From: Octopus sinensis
Lineage: Eukaryota
Length of the DNA stretch: 64,000 nt
Assembly: GCF_006345805.1 (NCBI RefSeq)
Contig: NC_043002.1
Location: forward strand, 31,000,001 to 31,064,000
Direction of reading: 5' to 3'
The notes beneath the pieces were generated by a model that worked only from the letters and a program-made list of their open reading frames with translations, did no database searches and had not been told where the DNA came from. Below are positions 52,310 to 64,000 of the stretch, one piece after another (position 1 is the first letter of the stretch; every line of letters starts with the position of its first letter). The position numbers were made by a program, and so were the translations under genes.

Positions 52310-52937
52310 TATGTGTCTGTGAATGTGTGTGAGAGTGCGCTTGTTATGCTATGTGATTAGGGTTCAAATATTCAGTTCCATTGCAAGTATTGCACATTCG
52401 TAAGGTATTACATGATTAATAAAAGAAAAAAAGAAAACAAACAAACATACAGGCACACAGAATCATATATACATGCATGATCACACATCTGCGTATACAC
52501 ATAAATATATGCGTTTCTTAGTGACGCTCCGCGCCACCCACTCCTTATAAAACATAGCAACAACACCAGGGGCATGAACGTATCCCCACTAGTTGTGGGA
52601 TCAAGTTGTATACGTAAAGCTGTATAAATAATCCAATGGGAGTCACATGAAAGGGGCCGGTTGATTCAGTGATGAGAAGTGGCTTAGGCTGATAGCTGTT
52701 GGACTTGAATCAGAATAGGTCAACCCAATGCTATTTTTTATAAATAGAAAAAAATATGTGTGATGGAGAAAGACAAATAATGATTTAAAAAAATATTGTT
52801 GTCTTTAGTGTGGGGCAAGTAGTTGCATTGCCAGAATTGTGTATCTTAGCAAAGCGTTTACAAGTTTATCCCATTCACTTACACACACGGATACATTACA
52901 TACATACACATATATGCGTGCCTATGTGTCTATCTAT

Positions 52938-52995
<58 letters not shown>

Positions 52996-53045
52996 CTCTT
53001 TATCTATCCATCTCTCTCCTTCTATCTCTCTCTCTCTATATATAT

Positions 53046-53320
<275 letters not shown>

Positions 53321-53340
53321 TGTATGTATGTATGTATGCA

Positions 53341-53547
53341 TGTAGGGGCGGTGCTGAAATGTTCGTGGCTTTGGATGAAAGAAAATACTGGAGGATCAGT
53401 TAATTATGATTTTATTGAACATGTTCTGTATCAGATTCACACATATATTGCAGCAGACCTTCAGTTTTTCTAAGGACTTGGAATTATAGATCTCAAGCCA
53501 GGCATTTCGCGATACTCGTAAAGTCAGGAACTCTTCAGTACCCCCCG
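53341..53547. mobile_element. Mariner-derived MITE, about 205 bp
   Basis: TIRs gggcggtgctgaaatgttcgtggcttt / aaagtcaggaactcttcagtaccccccg|TA. Confidence 0.7.
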
Positions 53548-55049
53548 TATATACTAGCAAGGAAAATGAAAGCGGAGAAGTGTTGATATTCTTATTCTAA
53601 ACCTGGAAAAGTATAGGACAAAACGAAATGGAAGCTTAAAAATATTGTAGCTGAAGTTGGAACGGAAATAAAAAAAAGTGTGCTGGTTTTAGTTTCATTC
53701 AAATGTACAACATCTTCTTCAGATTGTAATCGTGCCCAATGAAGAAAATTCTGTGTGAAACTTCCTATATTTATTCTCTATGAGATATGGCGGACAATCT
53801 GATATTGTTGAAGCATTCGTATTTGATACAGACGTTGTTCTATCATACAAGATTTTAATATATTCGGCAATATTCCTCTCATGGCTTTCGAACTAGAGCT
53901 GCATTGACGCTTAGGTGAAGGGTAATATGTGCTTATCAATTCGTAGGGATGTTTACTTAGGCTGTAGGCTGTATTAGTATCCTACCTGTTCAGAAATAAT
54001 TATAGATTACGTGTGGAATGGTTTTAGTGAGGTGTACCCCCACTAAAAATATAAACGTTTCCACGCTAGAAACAAACGATTCGGAAACTATGCCCATGGG
54101 ACTCTGGAAATCCAACACTTTTCGTCTCTCGATATAATTCTCATGTCCCACCATAATTCTCATGTCTTTTAGAAAGCATGACAAACAAACTTCTCTTTTT
54201 CAAAGCGGACAAAATTTATCTTTTTCAAACTTAAATGACCCCAGTCGGAAGGCTGTACAGTAGATGTGTCTCAACTAACCCGAAGCAAATGGGATCTGAT
54301 CATGTGCTTATTTTTTAGAAACAAATGTGACTCACTGCAAATCTCCCTATATATAGAGCACTATGCACTTGATACTATCATGACCAAACCATTTTTATGG
54401 TTGCGTTTGACTTTGTCATGCAGAATCTTGGGCTGACGCTTTGAGGCTTCGATGATTAGTACTTTGCTGTCATTACCGCATCTTAAAATGTTGGTCAGGA
54501 AAAATGTGTTAGAAAAATGAGCTGATGCGTAACCTTCCTTCCATATTTAGCTAGTGTATCTGCATGGCATTACTGTGTAACTAATCTTCCGGCATTTCAA
54601 CACCATCATGTTCATTTGTTCCTATTTATTCCATATTTCCAGGCCCAGAATTTAATCCTATTCACTAAAATGCAAACGACATTTGTAATAAAAAATGGGT
54701 GCTGTTTTTTCTTTGTGAAATTATAAAGTGCCAGTTTGAATACGTTGCTCATTTAATGATCTTTAAAATGAATACTATTTTGTAATATGCAGTTATATTC
54801 GAAAATCTAGATACCTATTTTAACGACTATACAAGAAGAAAATATAAGGTTGACCTCGATGGATCGTAAATGCATCTTCCTATGCTTCTAACATTTAAGT
54901 AGTTTCATGATTTATCATTTAAAACACAGGAAAAAAGGACAATCCTCATTACATTCCGAGAGAATTTAATGCATAAAGAGATTCCCTCCAAATAGGATAG
55001 AAACCAAATGTCTTCAAACTAAGGGCTTGACATCTAAAAACACACACAC

Positions 55050-56440
55050 ACACACATGTTACTACACGTTATTTCCAAATCATGATGGAAATTTTGAGGA
55101 AATCCTCAGTGCGATGAATGAAGTACCAACACAATTGGAACAGCGTACTACTATATTCCTGATGGGTGACTTCAACGTCCCCACCATCAGGTGGCCTGAG
55201 AGCAATATAACCTCAGAAATTAGGCACAGGGAGCGAAATCAAGCATAATCTCTACTTGATCTTACGAAAATGCTATTCATGGAGGAGATCATACTGGAAC
55301 TCTGCTTTACAAAAAAATGTGGAAATTGTCTACAACATAAATATATCACTGAGAATATTCTCAGACCATAACATGATAGAACTGACAATGTATGGCCCGG
55401 AATTAGCTAAAGATAAACTTCGCATAGATGGCGCTCAAACTCTATCCAGCTTGAATTTCTATAAAACTGACTGGCCTAATAGCCTCGCTGTGTAAGACAT
55501 GGATATGAAACCCAATCAATCCACGTCAATAATGCGAGCTGTATGCATTTAATATGTCCCAGAGAAGTGAGGCAATACATACAAAAACATCATTACCCGA
55601 GACAGGAGAATACTCATGCGGTGGAAAATAAAGATCTCGGATCGTTTAAACAAACACATTAATGACAATGTAAAATCTCACCTGACAAAGGAACCCTTCG
55701 AGATAGAAAATAAACTCAAAATCTCCCAAGAAAAAGAAAGAGAAAATATAAAAAGAAATCCTAAAGCCTTCTACACGTTAACAAAGTCATCAGCCTCAGT
55801 ACGCTATAAGATAACGCCACTACTTGGTAAGAACGGCTCAGTGGCTGCAGACCCGGGGAAGGTAAGTGAAGCACTAAATATACAATTCCGAAGTGCTTTC
55901 ACTTCTCCACTGGAAAATATGCAAATAAATAAGCCGAAGTTTTTCAATGTAAATAAGCTATTCGGAAAAGAGGCAAACTTCGATTACATTAACATAGCGG
56001 AAGAGGATGTAATATCGGACATTGATGTGATGAGATTAAACTCAGCAACAGGCCCAGATGGAATCTCGGCTCTTCTCTTAAAGATGTAAAAAAGCTCTTG
56101 CAAATTCACTGCAGATACACTTTCAGAGGTTCCTTGCAAGTGGCAAATTTCGCAACATGCTAAAAGAGGGTATAATATACCCTGTCCATAGAGGAGGGAG
56201 CAGAAATCGGAATACACTGGTTCAGAAGGCAATACGATCCCAGAGTCAGTCAGTGCATGACGTGGGGGTTAACATGAGCTATGTTGCAACATTTCATGTG
56301 CATATTACCAAGATGGCAACACTGTGCAGGCGAGTGACTGGATGGATTCTGAGGACATTCAGAACCAATGAAAGTGAGGCCCAGCTACCCCTATGAAGAA
56401 CACTCTAACGATCAGACAATTCACCGAATTATAATCCAGC
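55050..56440 (+). mobile_element. CR1-type LINE relic lacking the RT core
   Basis: FLMGDFNVPTIRWP, FSDHNMIEL, NFYKTDW, KRNPKAFY, SATGPDGISALLLK, IYPVHRGGS joined directly to DVGVNMS..TFHVHI..GWILRTFRT. Confidence 0.85.
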
Positions 56441-57263
56441 CCCACCACCACTAATGCCGCCATCGTTCCAAGGAATACATCTGCCGCCAACACAGTAGCC
56501 ATTACAACCCAATATCTGGGTAAGATATTTCCCGATTTACGGAACCAAAAAAGAAAAAAAAAAGAAAAGAAAAGGAAGAATGGGAAAGAAAAATATATCA
56601 TTTTAGTTGTTAGAAGTAGTACAAACAATAATAATAATTCAGGTTACAGATCTGACATCTGGCATCTGGCATCTGGCACATATTGTTTATGACGTTCAAA
56701 TGAAAAGATAATTGAACAGTAAATAAACATGTGTTCAAAGTTATTAAACTATCACCGAAGAAACAAAACCAAAAACTAAAACAACAACAACAATAGCAAG
56801 TATAAGTGAAACATTTCATTTTCATGAAAAAAATAACTTTGCTGAATCGTAAGAGATAAATTAATTACCATCTCCATATGTATTTATGTGCGTGTGAATA
56901 TATATATATATATATAGATAGATAGATATAGATATATATATATGTAAATACTTATTATTTAAATATATACAGATGTAATCGTACGTGTATGAGCTTATAT
57001 ATTTAAGCACGTAAATATGTGTACATGTACATGTGTGCGTGTGTTTGTCTGTGCCTGTGTATGTGTGTGTGTGTGTATAAGGAAGCATGAACATACGCAC
57101 GTCTTATGTAATGATATATATTTACAATTATATTTTATGTGGCAGATTTGCGTAAAGAATATGTATATCTATACAGTACTTTACTCAAAAACAAATATGT
57201 TACATATACATACGCACATATTTGCACATAAGCCTACGTACACCCATGTATATGTATGTATAA

Positions 57264-57302
<39 letters not shown>

Positions 57303-58194
57303 GGTGTGTATTATATACATCTATATATGTATACACATATAGGCTCATACACACAAGTATATATATATATATATATATCATTTTATATGTATATCTGCAT
57401 ATGCCTGTGTGTAATAAGTATTTATATAATGATGCTTTGGAATGTATACAAAAAGATTGATATTATTATACCATTGACGAAAACCGTGTATTTCCTGTAG
57501 CGCCATTTAATAACGAAGGAACTGTTCTTGGCTTTGTCGTAGTTCCTGTAAGGCGTTCTGAAATTCTATAGTCACAGGAAGTGTATTCATCTCCTTATTA
57601 GTGAAACAATTATCAGACATGTCTTTCACCGCACGACAGGTTCCAGACCCGACTGTTTGTATCGTATTTTTAAATCGTATTCACAATGAATATTGTTATT
57701 AATTTCACATCTCCCGTCGCTGCTACCGTAGTGTCTTGTAGAATTCGGATTGTTTTGATTGTAAATATGTATATATATGTGTATCGGAATGTGTGTGTAT
57801 GTCTGTTTTTCTTTCTTTTTTTCTCTCTATGTTCATTTGTGAGTGTGTAAGTGTTGAAGTTCAAGCTATCGAGATATAAAGAAAGAACGATGAATGAAAA
57901 GGAGAAAAATAAAAAGAGTTATATAAAGAACATCAAAAAAGAAACTTTGTATCAAAATTTTCCATCGCTTTTTCGTGTTGTTTATTATATAGTATTAATG
58001 TCATATTGAATTCGTTTGCTTGTCTTGACCCTACCCCTACTTCCCAAACTCAATAATGATATTCAAATTTATTCATTTGAAATGCAATTGTTTACTTTGT
58101 GCAGAAGGTTATAGAGCATTTCTTATTTTTCTTCTCCTCCTCCTTCTTCTTCTTCTTCTAATTCTAATTCTAATTCCTCTTCTGATAATATAAA

Positions 58195-58327
58195 AATGAT
58201 GTTATTATCGTCGTCATCGTCGTCGTCCTCCTCGCCCCACTACTCCTCCTCCTCCCCCTTATTATCATCATCATCATCATCATCACCATCACCACCATCA
58301 TCATCAACATCATTATCATCGTCGTCG

Positions 58328-58371
<44 letters not shown>

Positions 58372-58395
58372 GTCATCGATGTAGTCATTATAAAC

Positions 58396-58458
<63 letters not shown>

Positions 58459-58514
58459 GTTATGTTCTTTCCTTCTTTCTTCAAATTTTCTTCCGTTTCT
58501 CGCCGAGTGTTTTC

Positions 58515-58574
<60 letters not shown>

Positions 58575-58575
58575 C
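58195..58575. repeat. Compound (TCG)/(TCC)/(TCA)/(TTA)n trinucleotide arrays
   Basis: Direct read. Confidence 0.9.
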
Positions 58576-58880
58576 GATCAATTTAGTTATTGCTCGGAAT
58601 TTTTTTCCCCATGATAAGTAGCTATTATGCGATCATGTGTTGTATTTTAAATGAAAGATTCTCAACTGATGCTGCGAGCACCAACGATATAGTTCGATTT
58701 CCTTTGCGCTTAATTTTGTCGTTACATCACTTCTTATCATTGTGAACCGCACTTCTATTAAAAGTTCCCCTCGTCTATATGCATATATATATATATATAT
58801 ATATATATCCTTGGTGATTAACAATACAGACACGCAAATATGTATGATGTGTGTGTATACACAAGCACACGCACTCACAT

Positions 58881-58914
<34 letters not shown>

Positions 58915-59149
58915 CTATATATTATATACTTTATATATAAGCTTTCACACATGTGTGAGCGTGTGTACGTACCTGTATGTAAAGTTTTAATTCTTTGTAT
59001 AAGAGGCTTCCATTTCACATATGATTGTAGTGTCATGGGACTGGTAGTAAATGACCTGTTTTGAAGATAAAATGAATCTTATAAATTATATGCGTTTGTT
59101 TATAATTGATAAAGTGTATGGTTGATATTTGATTAGTATAGAAGTTCAA

Positions 59150-59535
59150 GTTTTATCGTCTACTTGCTTGAGTCATTGGACCGCCGCCTTGCAGTGGCTC
59201 TACATGGAAAATTTTTATCGCAGAAATTGACCCTGGTACTTAATTTAAAGAGTGCTGTTTATCGAACTGGTTTCTGCTGCCGAGACATTAGGTTAAGGAG
59301 ATGTAAACAAACCAACACTGGTTGTTAAACACAAAGGCACAGAAACACACACACACACGCGCGCACGCACACACATAGAATAGGTCTCTGCACAGTTTCC
59401 ATCTACGGAAACCATTCAAAATACATTAGCTGCCTGTGGCTATGGTACAGGCCATTTGCCCAATTTGCCACACAATCGGTTTGAACTCGAAACCACATGG
59501 TTGCAAACCGAGCTTTTAACTACACAGCCATGTCT
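59150..59535 (-). mobile_element. SINE family A (decayed)
   Basis: tacttgcttgagtcattggacc...gatgtaaacaaaccaacactggttg...aaaccacatggttgc...tacacagccatg. Confidence 0.65.
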
Positions 59536-60189
59536 TTTCCTATTGGGAAACTAAAGAACTCTGGGTTATTTTTGTGTGGGGAAATCTAAACACGCATCTT
59601 GAAAATCAACACCTGAGCGATACGTGTGTCCTAGACTTGATACCACTAACAGCAATATGTTCCCAGATGTCCTACTCAATCGTCTTAAGAAAGAAATGAA
59701 AATATATTTTAGAACATAGGGCTTTTGTTGTTAAGTCTGTGATACCAAAATAATATAAAACAAAAAACAAATTATTCTCTCTCCAATATTGCCCCGAGCG
59801 TTTACACACATGATACCTATACAGCATCTTTTCGACATACTGCATCAGGAACAAAAAAGCAGAACACAAGTGACGCTGCTTGATATTCGTATTTTTCTTT
59901 CTGTCTATGAAATTTAGTCAGACTGTATTGCTACAATAATAATCATAAAACAAGGAGGACTGACGTAGGGTTGAAATGAAATTTTTGATGAAGTTCAAAA
60001 GGTAAACAGTAATAGTAAGTCAAGAGCGAGGAGAGAGTCTGGGAACCATATACACCATCAAAACAATAGAGTTTCACAAACAAAGTCACATCGGAATCGA
60101 ATTCGTATATATAAGTTTACAATATCCATGGTGTTTTTATACATACTAAATTTCCAAATGTGTGTTTATATATATATGTATGTATGTCA

Positions 60190-60600
60190 TTGTTCAGTTT
60201 TATTTCAAGATTCCATGTCAATAGAGAAATAGACGGCTTCTAATGCAGATCCAAGGCTCCTTCACTTGAATTTCAACATAAGAAACGGTAATTTTGTATG
60301 CATGTACGTATATATGCAGATTTGTATGGTTCGTTTAATATGTGTATTTACATGCATATAGTTACATACCTAAACACCCTCTTATATATTTAAATGATAA
60401 ACTTCAGGAAAGTTTAACAGATTTTTACAGTTCCAGTGATGGATTGGATCTGTAATCTTCGAATTAGCTTTCTCCTTTCTGGTTTTTAGAAGCCTAATTT
60501 CTCAAGACTGGTATTTAGGCAGTATGTTACATATCCCAGGGCCTCAATAATTACAGATATAAACTTGAACTTGTAATCTGGATAGAGTAACTGCCAACGT
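60190..60600 (-). mobile_element. 3' end of a restriction-endonuclease-type (R4/NeSL-like) LINE
   Basis: Minus strand QLLYPDYKFKFISVIIEALGYV...LEKLGF.KPERRKLIRRLQIQS-ITGTVKI, resembling the PxIIGALG...LQ C-terminus of RLE LINEs; abuts (TATC)n at 60633-60760. Confidence 0.6.
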
Positions 60601-60633
60601 AGATATTATCTTTTTTATGTATGTATGAGTGTG

Positions 60634-60752
<119 letters not shown>

Positions 60753-61517
60753 TTATCTATATCTCTCTATATATATATATGTATGTATGAATGTATGTTC
60801 GTTTGTATGTATATACGTATCATGTCTGTATATAAGTATATATGTATACACCAACGCACACATTTATACAATTATATTTAATCACATATATACATACATA
60901 TGCATTATGTATATGTGTTTGTGTGTAAATTTACGACTCTATGTATGTATGCAAGTGTGTATGTATGAATATATCTCTGTCTTTCCCTTTCTTTCTCTCA
61001 CTCTCTTTGTCTATCTATTAATCTATCTAAATATTAAGAGTAAGACAATATATACATACATATATAAGTCGGCCGAGTATGTTTTTATTAAAGCTTAAGT
61101 GCTCAATACCGAGCCAAATAGTAAGTGTTTGAAAATAAAGACGGAATAGTAATAAAAGAACCATAGCTTGTTTTACTTCTTTTGCCTTCTCTTGATTTAA
61201 AGAGACCTTTCAATCTGACTCATGTTTGCTTAAGGGTTCTTCATGAGAGCAGGCAAAACAAACAGTCTAAAAATACATTCTATACTAACATGGCTACCAC
61301 ACAAGTATTCTAATGAGCTTTTGTTTCATACCTTTATGTAAACATAGCCGTCATTTAAGTCTTTACGATTACTGTAAAATCACTGGTGACATCACAAGCA
61401 GAATACTGCACATCAGTGTCTCCTCATCTTTCTCTATCTATCTCTTTATTTTTGCCTATCAATCAGTCAATAAGAATATATCCTAAGCATATATATTATA
61501 TATATATATATATATAT

Positions 61518-61723
61518 GTAATTTTTCACAACTATAAATAAGGGTATCTGAGAGACACCACCACCATGCCGAAATAGCAGTCAAAATCCTGACACTAAAA
61601 ACCACCTAAAATATTCATATCGCATCACATTTTAGGTGGTTTTTAGAGTCAAGATTTTGACTGCTATTTCGGCATGGTGGTGTCTCACAGATACCCTTAT
61701 TCATAGTTGTAAAAAATTATTAC
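61518..61723. mobile_element. MITE-like fold-back element (~95-bp arms, 16-nt loop)
   Basis: 61518-61612 versus 61629-61723: reverse-complementary apart from 5 substitutions and two 3-nt indels. Confidence 0.75.
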
Positions 61724-61807
61724 CTTTGTATGTTATTATTCCCATGCTGGCCACTTGATAGTATCGATATTAAATATCGATATTATCCTTATTTATAAAT
61801 ATATATA

Positions 61808-61868
<61 letters not shown>

Positions 61869-63181
61869 CATATACATGCAAAATATATTTATCATATATA
61901 TAAATATGCGCGTTAGTAAGTGCGCATAATGCTCTTTTCTTCCTATATCCGCACATACAGGTTTTGATAACTGGATTGCAGTCATGGCGGGCTCCACTTT
62001 CAATGGTGAAGTCGATCGTATTTAATCCTGCCTCTATTTCAGTGTACTCCATATCGAAAGAAACGGATCCAACAATGAGTGCCAAACCACATATCGATCA
62101 CTCATCCACTCTCTCTCTATCTCATTTTCTCACTATATATCAACACGACTTCCTCCCTCTCACTCTCTCTTATCATTTCTCTCTTTCCTTCTCTCTTTCC
62201 CTCTCTCTTTCTCTTTTGGTCACTATATTTATAACCCCCGCCTTCTCTCTCAGTTTCTCGGTCTCTGTTTTATTGTACCTCAATCAATTAATAATTTTTT
62301 AGTTTGATTTCATTTTCGCCCTTCCATCTTCTCGTGTTTCTCCTACTCACTGACATTCAGTTTCCTACTTGGCTACACCTTACAACCACAGTATTTCTTA
62401 CTTGACCCACTATTTTTTATTCCAGTACTCCGCAACCGGTAGGCAGTGGTACATTGGTGTGCTACGAGACGATGCTAAGTATGCCGCAGTGTAGCCCGAA
62501 TATAATTTGTTTACCTTTAATTCACGCGTGCCATCAAATTTTGAAAAGAAGTGTATCACAAGTGAAAAAAGGTTACTGTTTTATTTTAATTATTTTCTGT
62601 CTAATTATTATCTTTCCTCCTCCTCCTCCTCCTTCTCTCTCTCTCTCTTTGTTCTCCATAAACAAATGTATTCATAAGGACATCTTTCTCACTCACCTTT
62701 ATATATTAGTGTCTATGTGAGTATGTTTACGTGTCTGAAAATATATGTGTATTTTGATGTATGTTTATTAAATGACTTCATTTGTGTATGCGTATTGAAG
62801 CTAAAAACATTTTCTAGAATATTCCTATTTAATCAATTCACGAGCTGTAAATACCTTTTATATTCATCATTCATTCTATTTTTAACACTACAGTCAATTC
62901 TAAAATGTGATAACTGGGCATCGACTTCTGTGACTAGGTTACAATTCTTGTACATCTGGTATATCTGAAGAAAATGAGTTACAAGTAGAGTTTCAATAAA
63001 GACTCAGGAATCTTATTACTGTTTTTCTTTGTTGTCCTGAACGTTAACCGTGACAGCTCAATAGATGCTTTCCATGAGTTTTGTTTTTTATTCCATTTGA
63101 CATACACTGCTTTCAATCAGATGTACTGTACTGACTTCGGAGTATGTATGTCTGCAGACACCTGCAATTATTTTATGACAT

Positions 63182-63400
63182 GCAGAAACGTTAGCACGCC
63201 GGGTGAAATGTGTAGCCGTATTTTGTCTGACGTTACGTTCTGAGTTCAAATTCCGCCGAGGTCGACTTTGCCTTTCGTCCTTACGTGGTCGATAAATTAA
63301 GTACCAGTTACGCACTGGGATCGATGTAATCGACTTAATCCGTTTGTCTGTCATTGTTTGTCCCCTCTAGGTGTAGCTCCTTGTGGGCAGTAAAGAAATA
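63182..63400 (+). mobile_element. SINE family N, near full length
   Basis: gcagaaacgttagcacgccggg...gagttcaaattcc (B box)...gaggtcgactttgcctttcgtcctt...gtcgataaattaagtaccag (Nin/Deu-like domain, from memory)...gtaaagaaata. Confidence 0.85.
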
Positions 63401-64000
63401 GATATAAATAAATACGACAAAACTGAACCATTTCTAATATCCATATAAGACATCAAACTTGATATGTTGCTCATTTAACATCGTCGTTGTTCATTTAACA
63501 TCGTCATTTAACATTGGTCGTTTCTCACACCGACAAACTGGAGGATAATGTACACCCGATGTGTCTTTTATAAATCTGCAAATTCCACCCAAAAGTGTAT
63601 GTCAATGTTGACTATTCGTCTGTATACACCAACAAGCGATAACCTGTGCTAGATTCTGCGATATGGAGAAATTACAGCCCTGAACACATCAGGTAAGCCG
63701 TGAATGTGCTTCTCAGTTTGCAGAAAACAGGGTGAACCTAATAAAGTCGGAGACTACCAAATGGAACACTCTTCTACCTGACTTAATATGATTAAAGAAT
63801 ATATGTTACAAATTGTCCCATCTCATGAACATTGGAGACATATTCCAATGAATGCATTTCGAATGGATTTACTTGTATACTCGTAATATGGTAATATTGA
63901 AGCTAAGAAAAACAGAGCTAAGAAAAGGTTTGAAAATACGTTGAAAAATTATACAGGTAGAATATTCTTTTAGTCTATTATTATTTTTTTTTTCAGTCAT

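Noticed and set aside
52655-52715. Box C/D snoRNA-like motif (TGATTCA stem, GTGATGA)
   Set aside because: Too short, and no proper terminal CTGA box next to the stem.
57480-57595. Minus-strand MNTLPVTIEFQNALQELRQSQEQFLRY*MALQEIH with a repeated ALQE
   Set aside because: In-frame stop, no clear splice context, no recognisable family.
59660-59880. Cys-rich minus-strand segment as a piggyBac C-terminal finger
   Set aside because: Cys spacing is not convincing and no TIR/TTAA site was found.
63653-63692. 40-nt candidate exon ending in CAG|GTAAGC (ILRYGEITALNTS)
   Set aside because: The acceptor lacks a pyrimidine tract and the peptide is not recognised.

Overview
AT-rich, microsatellite-saturated eukaryotic DNA made almost entirely of transposable-element relics. 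The SINE, LINE and microsatellite repertoire looks like a cephalopod (Octopus-like) intergenic or intronic region; this is inferred from repeat content only. I could not identify a host gene, rRNA, true tRNA or CRISPR array, and nearly all ORFs in the track are translated microsatellites or antisense frames of TEs. Recognisable elements: (i) four R4/Dong-clade LINE pieces at 7.3-13.0 kb, all on the minus strand and separated by (TAA)n tracts; (ii) a young 5'-truncated Tx1/L1-clade LINE at 46.3-49.5 kb with a 725-aa RT ORF, sitting in a (GATA)n array and capped at its 5' end by a perfect 101-bp fold-back; (iii) CR1-type LINE fragments; (iv) Penelope-like relics (a GIY-YIG domain and several hammerhead-ribozyme motifs); (v) a 616-bp non-autonomous Helitron with canonical ends; (vi) mariner relics, including an element built from two left ends and a MITE; (vii) about 25 tRNA-derived SINE copies with shuffled head/body/tail modules; (viii) several unexplained inverted repeats. 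Most coordinates of decayed relics are approximate (about +/-10 nt).
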